Notes: generated by a model from the sequence alone, not told the origin. A DNA stretch of 64,000 bases from Massilia sp. (GCF_031995545.1 NZ_DAMAGA010000008.1:27818-91817), one strand, 5' to 3'; positions 38,566 to 49,725 are shown, counted from the first letter of the stretch. Made by a program: numbers and translations.

Positions 38566-41500
38566 TTACACTTCCGAAAGAGGCGTGACCGTCAGCGCGC
38601 CGTCCATCCAGCGCGCCAGCGGTCCATACAGTTCGTCGGCCAGTTCGGGCCAGCCGCCGGCGGCGCGCAGGGCGTCGAAGTCGGGCCACAGGCGTGCCAG
38701 GCACAAGTCCTCGACCTCGCCCGACATTTCAAAGCCGCCGTCATACACCGCACGTGGATCGCCTTCCGCCAGCTGCGCCAGCGCGGTGCGGCAAGCCACC
38801 GGCAGCGGGCTGTCCAGGTTCGCGCGCCACAGGCGGGCCAGGTCGCGCAGCACCGCCAGCGAATCGGCTTGCTCCAGCGGTTTCATCTCCACCACCGCGT
38901 CGCGCGCCACCAGGTAGCCGGTCACCGGCGTGCCGGCGGCGCTGCTCGCCAATTGGCGCAGCCAGGGACCGATCAACTTGTCGCCGCGCGGCTTGCCGCC
39001 GCGATCCAGCACGCGCGAGGACAGCTGCATCAGCCACGCGGTCTGTCCTTCTTCGCTGCTGCGCAATCGATCGATCCAGTCGTCGAGCGGCAGGCCATCC
39101 AGCTCCAGCGCCACCGACAGCTTGGCCGCCGGCTGCGGGAAGCGCGCGCCCAGGCGCAGCCACTCGGTGCGCACCGGCGCCAGCGCATTGACCAGCTGTT
39201 CCTGCCACATGCGGCCCACCAGGCCGATCGGCAGCACGCCTTCGCGCGCCAGGCGCCCTGCCCGTTCGGCCAGCGTGGTGCGCACTTCCTCGATCGGTTC
39301 CGGCTCGCCGCTATCATCCAGCAGGTGGTCTTCGATCTGGTAGCGTTCCAGCGCGTTGAGCGCGAACGGCTCTTCGTCCTCGCCCACCTGCACTGCATCA
39401 GCAAACACCACGCCCAGGCGGCGGCGGAAGAAGTAGCGCGCCGGCTGACGCAGGAAGCTGGCCAGTTCGCCCAGCTTCAGCACAAAGTCCGGCTCCAGCT
39501 CGTGCCGCGGCAGGTCGTCGGCGGCCGCGTCTTCCTCGGCGCCGTGGGCCAAGCGCCATTCGCCGGCATAGGTCAGCAGGCCGCCGCGCTGGAAGTAGCG
39601 GCGGCTGAACGGCTGCAGCGCGTGCTCGGTCGTGCGCTCGTCCAGATCGAGATCCCAGCCGGCCGCCAGATAGTCGCGCAGCTGCGCCACCAGTACCGAC
39701 GGCGGCTGCTCGCTGTTGTCGCGCACATTGCGTCCCACCCAGCTGACGTAGAACTTGTCGCGCGCGGCCAGCAGCGCTTCCAGCATCAGGTAGCGGTCGT
39801 CGTCGCGGCGCGAGCGGTCGCCCGGACGTGCCATGCCGGGCAGCGCCAGCAGGTCGAAGTCGGAGTGGCGCGCGCGGCGCGGGAAGTCGCCGTCGTTCAT
39901 GCCCAGCAGGCACACCACGCGGAACGGCACCGCGCGCATCGGCATCAGGGTGCAGAAGGTCACGCCGCCGGACACGAACTGGTGGTTCAGGGTCGGCTGG
40001 TCGAGCTCATTCAGCCAGGCTTCGCGCAGCACCGCGAGCGGCATCGGCTCGTCGAAGCCGGCCGCGTCACAGGTCTCGAGCCAGCACTGCAGGCCTTCGC
40101 TCAGGCTGGCCAGGGTCAGGCGGTCGGCTTCATCGCTGGCGGCGTAGAAGCACGACAGCATCTCGCGCGCCGCTTCGCCCCATTCGGCGGGACGGCGCGG
40201 CTGGTCCAGCGCGGCGCGCCAGTTGAGCAGGCAGTCGACCAGCTGCGCCAGTGATCCCGCCAGCGCCGCATCCAGGCCGCCGACTTCCGCGTACGGCTCG
40301 ATCTCGCCGAAGCTGGCGCCGGCGCCGCTGGCGTAGCCGAGCAGCATGCGGCGCACGCCGAAGATCCAGGCATTCTGCTCGCCCGCCATGCCGAGTCCCA
40401 GGCCGGCGCGGTGCTCGCGGTCCAGGCCCCAGCGCACGCCGGCGCCTTCGATCCAGCGGCCCAGGATCGGCAGGTCTTCGTCAGAGAGGCCGAAACGCTG
40501 CGCCACCGCCGGCACATCCAGCAGGTCGCGCACCTCGCTCTGGCGGCAGCGCTGCTGCGGCAGGCGCAGCAGCCATTCGAGCGACACCAGCAGCGGATTG
40601 ACGCTGCGGTCGCGCACGTCGCCGATCTCGAACGGGATGTGCCGATCGTCGCCGCGCCGGTGCTGGTCGAATACCGCGTGAATCGCCGGCGAGAAGGTGT
40701 CGATGTCGGGCACCATCACCACCACGTCGCGCGGACGCAGCGTGGGGTCGCCCGCGAACCAGGACAGCAGCTGGTCGTGCAGCACCTCGACTTCGCGCTG
40801 CACGCTGTGCGTCACGTGGAATTCGATCGAGCGGTCATCCGGCATCGGCGGCACGTGCGGGTGCTCGGACAGCGGCACCAGGTCGCGCACCGCGGCCTGG
40901 GCCTGGGCCAGCAAGGTGGCGCCGTCATCGTCCGCGAACAGGTCGACCCGCAGGTGCGGACCGTCGCCGGCTTCGCTTGCGTCCTGGTTGTCGAATTCGT
41001 CCAGCATGCGCACGAAGTCGCGGCCCTGGCGTCCCCAGCTCGCCAGCAGCGGGTGGCTGTGCGCGTGCAGTTCTTCGATCGGGATCGCACCCAGGTCGGC
41101 GCCCTCGCGCAGCGGCTGGCGGCGGCGTGCGGCTTTCAGCAGTTCGCGGCCCTCGATGATGTCGCCCCAGTAGAAGCGGCACGGGTTCGGTACCGCGAAC
41201 AGCACCTGGGTGTGGCGCGCCAGCGCGGCGATCGCCTGCAAGGTCTGGTATGGCAGGGTCGACATCCCGAACAGCACCACGCGCCGCGGCAGGCGGCTGG
41301 CGGGCGGAAAGTCCTGCTCGACCGCCGACAGGAACTGGGCGTGGATGGTGGCGCGCCCGCTCCAGCGCTGCTCCGGCGGCAGGCTCTCGTGGATCGCGCG
41401 CCACAGGCAGGCCTGCCAGCGCTGCTCGGGCGCCAGCGGCACCGCGTCGCCGCCGGCGCGGCGCAGCTGGTCGCGGCCTTCGGCCCAGTCCTGGAGCCAG

Positions 41501-41952
41501 TCGGCGCGGTAGACCTGGTACTGGTCGTACAGATCGGCCACGCGCTCGGCCAGCTGCAGGCGGCGCTCGGCGTCGCCACCGGCCAGGAAGCGCGCCAGCG
41601 GCTCGTAGCCGTCCTGCTGCAGCAGGGTCGGCAACAGGCGCATCAGGCGCCAGGTCAGCGGATCCTTGTCGAACGGCGCGCGCGTCGGCACCCGTTCGCG
41701 TCCCAGCATGCCGCGATAGGCTTCCCACATGAAGCGCGCCGGCAGCGCCACGCGGGTGGCGGCGCAGACGCCGAGTTCCTCGGCCAGCGCGATCTTGAGC
41801 CACTCGGCCACGCCGTTAGACTGGACCAGGAACACTTCTTCTTCCAGCGGCGCCAGCGGATGGTTGCGCAGCCAGTCGAACACGGCGCTGCGCAGCAGCT
41901 CCATCTGGTTACCGTGGAGGATCAGCAGGCCGGGGGAGATAGAGGAAGACAT
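38566..41952 (-). CDS. recC: Exodeoxyribonuclease V subunit gamma
   Basis: Internal ATG 41952 (MSSSISPGLLILHGNQMELL), 1,128 aa. Stop lies 2 nt before the recB start. Size, position and N-terminal motif fit RecC. Confidence 0.92.
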   Translation of the reverse strand: MSSSISPGLLILHGNQMELLRSAVFDWLRNHPLAPLEEEVFLVQSNGVAEWLKIALAEELGVCAATRVALPARFMWEAYRGMLGRERVPTRAPFDKDPLTWRLMRLLPTLLQQDGYEPLARFLAGGDAERRLQLAERVADLYDQYQVYRADWLQDWAEGRDQLRRAGGDAVPLAPEQRWQACLWRAIHESLPPEQRWSGRATIHAQFLSAVEQDFPPASRLPRRVVLFGMSTLPYQTLQAIAALARHTQVLFAVPNPCRFYWGDIIEGRELLKAARRRQPLREGADLGAIPIEELHAHSHPLLASWGRQGRDFVRMLDEFDNQDASEAGDGPHLRVDLFADDDGATLLAQAQAAVRDLVPLSEHPHVPPMPDDRSIEFHVTHSVQREVEVLHDQLLSWFAGDPTLRPRDVVVMVPDIDTFSPAIHAVFDQHRRGDDRHIPFEIGDVRDRSVNPLLVSLEWLLRLPQQRCRQSEVRDLLDVPAVAQRFGLSDEDLPILGRWIEGAGVRWGLDREHRAGLGLGMAGEQNAWIFGVRRMLLGYASGAGASFGEIEPYAEVGGLDAALAGSLAQLVDCLLNWRAALDQPRRPAEWGEAAREMLSCFYAASDEADRLTLASLSEGLQCWLETCDAAGFDEPMPLAVLREAWLNELDQPTLNHQFVSGGVTFCTLMPMRAVPFRVVCLLGMNDGDFPRRARHSDFDLLALPGMARPGDRSRRDDDRYLMLEALLAARDKFYVSWVGRNVRDNSEQPPSVLVAQLRDYLAAGWDLDLDERTTEHALQPFSRRYFQRGGLLTYAGEWRLAHGAEEDAAADDLPRHELEPDFVLKLGELASFLRQPARYFFRRRLGVVFADAVQVGEDEEPFALNALERYQIEDHLLDDSGEPEPIEEVRTTLAERAGRLAREGVLPIGLVGRMWQEQLVNALAPVRTEWLRLGARFPQPAAKLSVALELDGLPLDDWIDRLRSSEEGQTAWLMQLSSRVLDRGGKPRGDKLIGPWLRQLASSAAGTPVTGYLVARDAVVEMKPLEQADSLAVLRDLARLWRANLDSPLPVACRTALAQLAEGDPRAVYDGGFEMSGEVEDLCLARLWPDFDALRAAGGWPELADELYGPLARWMDGALTVTPLSEV

Positions 41953-42134
41953 GCGAATGGAAGTGCGGAGTGGATGCGGAAAGGTTGCCGTCGAACCGGG
42001 GGCACAGGATACCGCGTTTGGGGGCGCGGCGATAGCGTAGCCCATCCGTTCGGGATGGGTTTACGCTACCCTTTCGCGGTCAGGCTGGCGCGGAGATCTC
42101 CAATGATTCGCAGGCAAGCCGGCGACAGGATCGA

Positions 42135-42749
42135 TCAGCGCGGCCGGTGCATCTGGAACAGCTGTTCCGGCCCGATCGAGAAATAGTCGGCCGGGCCACC
42201 GCCGCGCAGGATGTGACCGGCGGCCGCGGTGTCGTAGACGCCGTCCTTCAATGTCTCCTGCGCGATGTGCACACCGACCACTTCGCCCAGCACCAGCCAG
42301 GTCGGCACCGTTTCACCGTCGGTGCGCTGCAGCTGGACGATCTGGGTGACCTTGCACTCGAACGCCACCGGGCTTTCGGCCACGCGCGGCGCTTTGACCA
42401 GGCGGCTCGGCACGGCGGTCAGTCCGGCCAGCGCGAACTCGTCCACCTCCGGCGCCACCGCCGCACAGCTGGCGTTCATCGCCTCCGCCAGCGGCCGGGT
42501 CGCCAGGTTCCAGACGAATTCACCGGTATCCTGGACGTTGCGCAGCGTGTCCTTGGCGCCGATGCTGGCGAAGCCGACGATCGGCGGGATGTAGTTGAAG
42601 GCGTTGAAGAAGCTGTACGGCGCCAGGTTGCGCACGCCGTCCTGGCTCAACGACGAGATCCAGCCGATCGGGCGCGGACCGACGATCGCATTGAAGGGAT
42701 CATGGGGCAGCCCATGGCCGTTGCGGGGTTCGTAGAAATGGATCGACAT
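42135..42749 (-). CDS. Flavin reductase family protein (DIM6/NTAB)
   Basis: Internal ATG 42749 (MSIHFYEP). RPIGWISSLSQDG..NLAPYSFFNA is typical of the FMN-binding split-barrel fold. Confidence 0.87.
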   Translation of the reverse strand: MSIHFYEPRNGHGLPHDPFNAIVGPRPIGWISSLSQDGVRNLAPYSFFNAFNYIPPIVGFASIGAKDTLRNVQDTGEFVWNLATRPLAEAMNASCAAVAPEVDEFALAGLTAVPSRLVKAPRVAESPVAFECKVTQIVQLQRTDGETVPTWLVLGEVVGVHIAQETLKDGVYDTAAAGHILRGGGPADYFSIGPEQLFQMHRPR

Positions 42750-42805
42750 GGGATGGATGTGCGTGGCATGGCCGCGGCGGACGCCGCGGGACGATGGGGC
42801 GACAG

Positions 42806-43447
42806 TCAGGACCGGTTCAATTTGTCGATGACGCTCGCCACCTTGGTGGTAATGACGTCGACCGCCGGACCGTTGGCGCCGTGCGGCAGGATGACGTCGG
42901 CATGGCGCCTGGTCGGCTCGATGAACTGCTTGTGCATCGGGCGCACCGTGTCCATGTACTGTTTGACGATGCTGTCGACCGAGCGCGCGCGCTCGGCCAG
43001 ATCGCGCTGCAGGCGGCGGATGAAGCGCACGTCCGGCGCGGTGTCGACGAAGATCTTCAGCGACATCATGTTGCGCAGGTCCGGATCGTGCAGGGCGAAC
43101 AGGCCTTCGATCACGATCACCGGGGCCGGCTTGACGGTGATGGTTTCGCTGGAACGGTTGCTGATCGTGAAGTCGTACACCGGCATCTCGATCGTCTCGC
43201 CGTTGCGCAGCGCCTGGACGTGCTGCACCAGCAGCGGCCAGTCGAACGCGTTCGGGTGATCGTAGTTCTGCTTGCGGCGCATTTCCGGGGTCAGATCGGT
43301 CTGATCGCGGTAGTAGTCGTCCTGCATGACGACCGAGACCACATCGGAGCCGAACGACGCAAGCACTTGCTGGGAAACCGTTGACTTGCCGCTGCCGCTG
43401 CCGCCGGCGACACCAATGACAAATGGAGGGGAGGAAATCTGATTCAT
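42806..43447 (-). CDS. udk: Uridine kinase
   Basis: P-loop IGVAGGSGSGKST, NYDHPNAFD, VIVIEGLF. 213 aa. Confidence 0.93.
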   Translation of the reverse strand: MNQISSPPFVIGVAGGSGSGKSTVSQQVLASFGSDVVSVVMQDDYYRDQTDLTPEMRRKQNYDHPNAFDWPLLVQHVQALRNGETIEMPVYDFTISNRSSETITVKPAPVIVIEGLFALHDPDLRNMMSLKIFVDTAPDVRFIRRLQRDLAERARSVDSIVKQYMDTVRPMHKQFIEPTRRHADVILPHGANGPAVDVITTKVASVIDKLNRS

Positions 43448-43575
43448 CCCCGAATGATACCGGAGTGGCGGGCAACCTGACAGGGGCCGTTGAACGTGAA
43501 GAGTCTGCCAATATTATCAAATTTGCACCAATAATAGCTATTGGCAACTGTAGCAGCACAGCTCATTCTCTCGTC

Positions 43576-43732
43576 GGGGTCAGACCCGAAAAGTAGACAC
43601 GAGCTGAACAGCTGTCAGGCGAAAACGTTGTGAACCGGGGCAAGGCGCTCACACAGAGACTCGCCAGTTCCCCACCGTTCTACCCTCCTGGCTCTAACGT
43701 CGAGTCCGTGTCAACTTTTCGGATCTGACCCC
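43576..43732. mobile_element. MITE-like element (~157 bp) with ~31-bp imperfect terminal inverted repeats
   Basis: Left end ggggtcagacccgaaaagtagacacgagctg. The reverse complement of the right end is ggggtcagatccgaaaagttgacacggactcg. No ORF inside. Lies between udk and the CHASE kinase. Confidence 0.5.
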
Positions 43733-43762
43733 GTTAGTTGTTAGTTGCCCTGGATTTTCTCG

Positions 43763-46700
43763 CTAGCGGCCGTCGCTGGCACGGCACCCGAACTGTGCCG
43801 ACACCTCGCGCTCGATGCGCAGCAGCAGCGCACGCAATCGTGCCACCAGGGCACGTGCCTGCGCCGTGCCGGCGACAGCGACAGCCGCGCCGCCGCTTGA
43901 CGCCATGCGCCCCGGCTGCGCTTCCAGGTCTTCACACACCTCACCGAACGTCAACGCCCCGACCGCGCGCGCCGCGGATTTGAGCTGGTGCGCCAGGCTG
44001 GCCGTGTGGGTCAGGTCGCCGCCCGCCAGCGCGTTCTCGATCCCGGCCAGGTTCTCGCGCGCCGTTTCCAGGAACAGGTAGGCGTACTTGCGCATGCGGT
44101 CGGTGTCGCCGTTGGCGGTCGCCGCCAGCCGCGCCAGATCGAGCACATCGCTGCCTCCGGTCACCACCGGGGCCGCGCCGGCACTCGAACCAGCAACGGG
44201 CGCCATCGCCACATCCGGCACCGGCGCCGTGGTCCGCCCTAGGCAACGCGCGATGGTCGCCGCCAGCAACTCCGGCACCACCGGCTTGGCCAAAAATTCG
44301 TTCATCCCCGCCGCCAGGCAGCGCGCGCGGTCGACGACGCCGGCGTTGGCCGTCATCGCCACCACCAGCGTGTCCTTCAGCGCCGGATCGGCGCGGATGC
44401 GGCGCGTCGCTTCCAGCCCGTCCATCACCGGCATCTGCACATCCATCAGCACGCAGTCGAAGCGCGCCCGCTCCATCGCCGCCAGTGCCTGGGCGCCGTC
44501 GCCGGCCACCGTCACTTTAGCGCCGGCCTGCTCCAGCAGCTCGCGCGCCACCTGCTGGTTGAACGGATTGTCCTCGACCAGCAGCACCGCGCATTCGTCC
44601 AGCCGCGCGATCGCCGGCGCCGGCGCCGCACCCAGGCCGACCATCGCGGCGCGGTCTTCCAGCGACAGGCGCGCGGTGAACCAGAAGGTGCTGCCGGTGC
44701 CCGGATCGCTGGTGACGCCGACCTCGCCGCCCATCAACTCGGCCAGCTGGCGGCTGATCGCCAGCCCCAGGCCGGTGCCGCCGTGGCGGCGCGTGGCCGA
44801 GGGGTCGGCCTGCTGGAACGGGGTAAACAGCTGCGGCAGCGCGTCGGGAGCGATGCCGATGCCGCGGTCCTGCACCTCGAAGCGCACCAGCACCTCGGGA
44901 CCGAAGGCGCGTGCCAGGTTGGCGCGCAGCTTGATGCGGCCGCGCTCCGAGAACTTGACGGCGTTGCCGGCGAAGTTGATCAAGACCTGCTCCAGGCGCA
45001 GCACGTCGCCGCACAGGGGCCGCATCAGTTCGGGCGCGATCTCGACGTCGAAGCCCAGGCCCTTGGCCGCCGCCGCCGCGCCCAGCTGGACTTCGACGTT
45101 GCGCATCAGGGCGTCGAGCATGAAGGTCTCGCGGCGCAATTCCAGCATGCCGGCCTCGATCTTGGAAAAATCGAGGATGTCGTTGATGATGCCCAGCAGG
45201 TGCTGGCCCGAGTGATAGATCTTTTCCAGATAATCGCGCTGGCGCGGATCGGGGGCGGCATTGAGCGCCAGGTGGGTCATGCCGATGATGCTGTTCATCG
45301 GCGTGCGGATCTCGTGACTCATGTTGGACAGGAAGTCGCTCTTGGCCTTGCTGGCGGCGTCGGCGCGCGCTTTCAGCCGGTGCAGCTCGGTGATGTCGGT
45401 CGAGACGCACAGCACCGCCGGATCTTCGCCAATCTGCAGCGGCACGCGCACGCTCCACAGCTGACGCGTGCCGTGGTCGCCGGGGCGCTGGCCCTGCTCG
45501 AACTGCACCGCGCTGCGTCCGCCGCCTTCCAGCACCGCGCGGTCGTGCTCCCAGGCCGCGTCGGCCAGCGCCGGCGCCACCACGTCATGGTCGTGCAGCC
45601 CGGTCACTTCGGCCGCCGGGCGTCCGATCGCCGCCGCGCCCTTGGCGTTCAGGTAGCGGATGCGGCGCGCGTCGTCCTTCAGATAGACCTCGGCGTCCAG
45701 GTTGTCGAGCACCGTGTCGAGCAGCAGGCGTTGCTGGTCGGCGGCACGGCGCGAGCGGTACTGGGCGAAGAACAGCACGTACACCAGCAGCGTCGCGCCG
45801 CCGCCGGCGACGAACGCGCCCCATGGCAGGTAGCGCGAGAACCCGGTCAGCATCGCCTGCTTCGGCGCCGAGATGTGCGCCTTCCACTGGCTGCCGGCGA
45901 AGTTCACGCCCAGTACCGTGATGAAGTGGGTGTCCGGATCGGGCCCGGCGCCGCGCACGTCGGCGCCGTCCAGCAGGCGGTCGCCGGCAACCGGCGCCGC
46001 ACCCGGCCCCGGCGCATGCGGCAGGTTGGAGCCATACAGGCTCAGACGCAGCGGCCGGCCGTCAGGGGAGCCGAGCGCGCCGCGCACCAGTTCCTGCACC
46101 GAGAACGCGACGCCGACCGTGCCCACGTAGGCCGCACGGCGCGCTTCGACGCTCGGCGGCAGGCCGCCGCCGCGGTACACCGGCAGGCGCATGCCAATCG
46201 CGATGTGCGGCGTCGGGTGCTGCAGGTACATCGGCTGGCCCGAGGCGCTCATGCCGCCGCTGTCGCGCGCACGTGCCAGCGTGGTGGCCACCGCCGGGTT
46301 GGCGGCCATGTCGATCCCCAGGCGCCGGTTGGGCGGGTCGCGCGGGAACTCGAAGCTGACCACTTCGTAATAGGCGCGCCGTCCTGGCGGCTTGACCGCG
46401 AAATCGGGGCTTTCGCTGGCGCGCATGGCGGCCACGAAGCCTTCCAGTGCGTGCTCCGGCACATGGCTGGCGAAGTTGACGCCCTCGATCGCCGGGTAAT
46501 CGCGGGCGATGTCGAGCGCGGCCACATAACGCTGGAAGGCCTCGCGATCCGGCGGGCCATCGGCGCGACCGGCCGCGTGCAGCGCCACCACGCCGCGCAC
46601 CGCGCGACCGTACGAAGCGATCGCGCTGTCGAGCCGTTCCTGGATGCTGCGCGCTTCGTTGTCGAAGCGCAGCCGGGCATCGTCCTCGATGCTGCGCGCG

Positions 46701-46831
46701 CTGACCGCGAACAGCAGCAGCCCGACCGCCAGCGACAGCAGCACGCCGCCGGCCAGTATCACAACAGTACGTCCGAGACGCTGGAGACCGGATCGGAGCC
46801 GGCCGCCGATGAGCGCAGTGGTTCGCTTCAT
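43763..46831 (-). CDS. CHASE-domain hybrid sensor histidine kinase (CHASE-PAS-HisKA-HATPase-REC-HPt)
   Basis: Internal ATG 46831 (MKRTTALIGG...). TM, periplasmic CHASE-like region, TM, PAS, H-box MSHEIRTPMNS, G-boxes, receiver (VLMDVQMPVMDG), C-terminal HPt (AHQLKSAARAVGA). Confidence 0.9.
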   Translation of the reverse strand: MKRTTALIGGRLRSGLQRLGRTVVILAGGVLLSLAVGLLLFAVSARSIEDDARLRFDNEARSIQERLDSAIASYGRAVRGVVALHAAGRADGPPDREAFQRYVAALDIARDYPAIEGVNFASHVPEHALEGFVAAMRASESPDFAVKPPGRRAYYEVVSFEFPRDPPNRRLGIDMAANPAVATTLARARDSGGMSASGQPMYLQHPTPHIAIGMRLPVYRGGGLPPSVEARRAAYVGTVGVAFSVQELVRGALGSPDGRPLRLSLYGSNLPHAPGPGAAPVAGDRLLDGADVRGAGPDPDTHFITVLGVNFAGSQWKAHISAPKQAMLTGFSRYLPWGAFVAGGGATLLVYVLFFAQYRSRRAADQQRLLLDTVLDNLDAEVYLKDDARRIRYLNAKGAAAIGRPAAEVTGLHDHDVVAPALADAAWEHDRAVLEGGGRSAVQFEQGQRPGDHGTRQLWSVRVPLQIGEDPAVLCVSTDITELHRLKARADAASKAKSDFLSNMSHEIRTPMNSIIGMTHLALNAAPDPRQRDYLEKIYHSGQHLLGIINDILDFSKIEAGMLELRRETFMLDALMRNVEVQLGAAAAAKGLGFDVEIAPELMRPLCGDVLRLEQVLINFAGNAVKFSERGRIKLRANLARAFGPEVLVRFEVQDRGIGIAPDALPQLFTPFQQADPSATRRHGGTGLGLAISRQLAELMGGEVGVTSDPGTGSTFWFTARLSLEDRAAMVGLGAAPAPAIARLDECAVLLVEDNPFNQQVARELLEQAGAKVTVAGDGAQALAAMERARFDCVLMDVQMPVMDGLEATRRIRADPALKDTLVVAMTANAGVVDRARCLAAGMNEFLAKPVVPELLAATIARCLGRTTAPVPDVAMAPVAGSSAGAAPVVTGGSDVLDLARLAATANGDTDRMRKYAYLFLETARENLAGIENALAGGDLTHTASLAHQLKSAARAVGALTFGEVCEDLEAQPGRMASSGGAAVAVAGTAQARALVARLRALLLRIEREVSAQFGCRASDGR

Positions 46832-46899
46832 GCTGTCCCTCGCGGACGATGCCCGCTTCCTAAAATTGTTAGTATGGCGGCGCGCCATACGGGCGCGCA

Positions 46900-49026
46900 A
46901 TGATTGAACATATTGACGAGGACAGCATGCAACAGGACACCCAGCCGCAACCCGCGCAGCACCAGCCGCACGACCATGACGATCCCTACCTGTGGCTGGA
47001 AGAGGTCGACGGCGAACGCGCGCGTGCCTGGGTGGCCGAGCGCAATGCCGCTGCCGAGGCCGAGCTGGAAGGCCGCCCGGGCTTCGCGCCGCTGCGCACG
47101 CGCCTGAAGGCGATCCTCGACTCGAGCGAAAAGATTCCCTACGTCGGCGTGCACGATGGCCTGTGCTACAACTTCTGGCGCGATGCCAACCATGCGCGCG
47201 GCATCTGGCGCCGCACCACGCTCGAGCAGTACCGTCAGCCGGCGCCGCAATGGGAAACGGTGCTCGATCTCGATGCGCTGGCGCGCGACGAGGACGAGAA
47301 CTGGGTCTGGGCCGGCGTCGCCTGGCTCGAGCCGCACGGCGCACGCTGCCTGGTGTCGCTGTCGCGCGGAGGCGGCGACGCGCACGTGGTGCGCGAATTC
47401 GACCTGTCCGCGTGCGCCTTCGTGGCCGACGGTTTCACGCTGCCGGAAGCGAAAAGCGACGTGTCCTGGATCGACCGCGACACCCTGTACGTCGGCACCG
47501 ACTTCGGCCCCGGCAGCCTGACCGAATCGGGCTACCCGCGCATCGTCAAGGAGTGGCGCCGCGGCACGCCGCTGGAGCAGGCCATCACCGTGTACGAAGC
47601 GGCGCCTGATGACCTGGCCGCCTCCGGCCATCAGGACAACACGCCCGGCTGGGAACGCGCCTTCATCCAGCGCCAGATCGACTTCTATACCAGCGAACTG
47701 TTCCTGCGCCGCGGCGAGCAACTGATCAAGATCGACAAGCCGCAGGACGCCAACGCGTTCGCCTTGCGCGACCAGATCGTGATCGAACTGCGCTCCGACT
47801 GGGACATTGGCGGCCGCACCTATCCGCAAGCCGCGCTGCTGGCCACCGGCTTCGATGCCTTCCTGGATGGCGGGCGCGACTTTGAGGTGCTGTTCGCGCC
47901 GACCGCTGCCACCTCGCTCGACGGCGTCTCGGTCACCAAGACCGCTCTGCTGCTGACGGTGCTCGACAACGTCAAGAACCGCGTGGTGGAGCTGCAACGC
48001 ACCAACGGCCAGGCGTGGCAACGGCGCGACGTCGACGTGCCGGCCTTCGGTGCGCTGGGCGTGGCGGCGCTCGACTCCGACAATTCGGACGACTATTTCC
48101 TGACCGTCACCGACTTCCTGCATCCGACCACGCTGTACCTGATGACGGCCGGCGGCGACACCCGCACGCCACTGAAGTCGATGCCGGCCTTTTTCGACGC
48201 GGCGCCGTACGACGTGGCCCAGCACACCGCCGTCTCGGGCGACGGCACGCCGGTGCCCTACTTCGTGGTCACGCGCCGCGGCCAGGGTCCGGGGGAACCG
48301 AATCCCACCCTGCTGTACGGCTACGGCGGCTTCGAGGTCTCGCTGAAGCCCTTCTACAGCGGCATGACCGGCGCCGCCTGGCTCGACCAGGGCGGCACCT
48401 ATGTATTGGCCAACATCCGCGGCGGCGGCGAGTTCGGCCCGCGCTGGCACCAGGCCGCGCTGCGCCAGCATCGCCAGCGCGCGTTCGATGACTTCATCGC
48501 GGTGGGCGAAGACCTGGTCAGGCGCGGCGTCACCACGCCGGACAAGCTCGGCATCATGGGCGGCAGCAATGGCGGCCTGCTGGTGGGCGCGGCGCTGACC
48601 CAGCGTCCCGACCTGTTCGGCGCCGTGGTGTGCCAGGTACCGCTGCTCGACATGCGGCGCTACCACGAGCTGCTGGCCGGCGCGTCCTGGATGGGAGAGT
48701 ACGGCGACCCGGATGATCCGGCCGACTGGGAATACCTGGCGCGCTATTCGCCGTACCACAACGTGCGCCCGGGCGAACGGTATCCGCTCGTGTTGTTCAC
48801 CACCTCGACCCGCGACGACCGAGTGCATCCGGGCCACGCGCGCAAGATGGCGGCGCGCATGCTGGACCAGGGCCACGACGTGCTGTACTGGGAAAACACC
48901 GAAGGCGGCCACGCCGGCGCGGCCGACAACGAGCAGACCGCGCGCATGTGGGCGCTGACCTATACCTTCCTGATCGAGCAACTGGGCGCGCAAACGGATC
49001 GTTCTCCGGTTCAAAAGGTCAACTAA
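46900..49026 (+). CDS. Prolyl oligopeptidase family serine peptidase (S9A)
   Basis: [10 protein letters not shown]-terminal signature, beta-propeller region, catalytic GGSNGGLL, C-terminal D and H regions ([15 protein letters not shown]). Confidence 0.92.
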   Translation: MIEHIDEDSMQQDTQPQPAQHQPHDHDDPYLWLEEVDGERARAWVAERNAAAEAELEGRPGFAPLRTRLKAILDSSEKIPYVGVHDGLCYNFWRDANHARGIWRRTTLEQYRQPAPQWETVLDLDALARDEDENWVWAGVAWLEPHGARCLVSLSRGGGDAHVVREFDLSACAFVADGFTLPEAKSDVSWIDRDTLYVGTDFGPGSLTESGYPRIVKEWRRGTPLEQAITVYEAAPDDLAASGHQDNTPGWERAFIQRQIDFYTSELFLRRGEQLIKIDKPQDANAFALRDQIVIELRSDWDIGGRTYPQAALLATGFDAFLDGGRDFEVLFAPTAATSLDGVSVTKTALLLTVLDNVKNRVVELQRTNGQAWQRRDVDVPAFGALGVAALDSDNSDDYFLTVTDFLHPTTLYLMTAGGDTRTPLKSMPAFFDAAPYDVAQHTAVSGDGTPVPYFVVTRRGQGPGEPNPTLLYGYGGFEVSLKPFYSGMTGAAWLDQGGTYVLANIRGGGEFGPRWHQAALRQHRQRAFDDFIAVGEDLVRRGVTTPDKLGIMGGSNGGLLVGAALTQRPDLFGAVVCQVPLLDMRRYHELLAGASWMGEYGDPDDPADWEYLARYSPYHNVRPGERYPLVLFTTSTRDDRVHPGHARKMAARMLDQGHDVLYWENTEGGHAGAADNEQTARMWALTYTFLIEQLGAQTDRSPVQKVN

Positions 49027-49607
49027 GAGGCCAGTAATCGCGGCGCATACAACGCGTCCCAGGTCGGTTCAATCTCGACATACAGCGCCACCGCGCGCTC
49101 GATGCCGACCTGCTGCGGCGCGCCGATACGGGTGATCACCACCCCGGCACGGCGCAGCATGCGCTCGATCGCCACCGTGGTCACGGTGACGTAGCGCTGC
49201 AGCCCCTGCTCATGAGCGTGGCGGATCACCGCCTCGATCGATTCCATCGTCATGTCCGAAAAGCCGAAGCCGGCCGCGCCTTCGGTTTCCAGCGCAAAGC
49301 GCGACAGTTCCCATATCTGCGGATCGCTTGGCGCTTCCTGGCCGTCGAGCAGCTGCGGGAACGAATCCTTCAGCATGTACGGCCCTTCGGTCGGCAGCAA
49401 TCTCCAGCAGCCGCGCAGGGTCTCGCCCTCGCGCATCTGCATGTAGCGCGGCTCGAGCGCGTCGTAGCCGTCGATCTCCATGCCGGACAGCACCGGCACT
49501 TCCCACCCCAGGCGCCCACGGAACACCTTGGCGCGCAGGGTATGCATTTCGCACAGTTCGTTCGATTTGAAGGCGCCACGCGGCGCGATCCGGATTTGCA
49601 TGCTCAT
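49023..49607 (-). CDS. Acyl-homoserine-lactone synthase (LuxI family)
   Basis: LRAKVFRGRLGWEV, DGYD and WELSRFA are hallmark LuxI motifs. 194 aa. Confidence 0.92.
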   Translation of the reverse strand: MSMQIRIAPRGAFKSNELCEMHTLRAKVFRGRLGWEVPVLSGMEIDGYDALEPRYMQMREGETLRGCWRLLPTEGPYMLKDSFPQLLDGQEAPSDPQIWELSRFALETEGAAGFGFSDMTMESIEAVIRHAHEQGLQRYVTVTTVAIERMLRRAGVVITRIGAPQQVGIERAVALYVEIEPTWDALYAPRLLAS

Positions 49608-49705
49608 TTGTCAGCCCCCTCGTGTGCTATCGCAATGTGATGAACCGTCAGGTGAAGAGAAAATGCAGTGCGCATCAATTTTTTATGCAAGTTGGGTAGA
49701 ACGGT

Positions 49706-49725
49706 AACTATCAGGTCTGATAGGT
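49706..49725. promoter_or_regulatory. lux/las-type box in the luxI-rsaL divergent intergenic region
   Basis: aaCTatcaggtctgatAGgt has a CTATCAG-GT-CTGATAG dyad and fits CT-N12-AG. If centred at about -42.5 for luxI, TAAAAA (complement of 49680-49685) falls at -10. Confidence 0.55.

Noticed and set aside
43763-47344. The long N-terminal extension of the CHASE kinase ORF (1,193 aa), and an alternative start at 46888.
   Set aside because: The upstream 171 codons are Arg/Pro-rich junk that crosses into the divergent peptidase gene. MKRTTAL at 46831 is followed immediately by a TM helix, as expected for a CHASE sensor.
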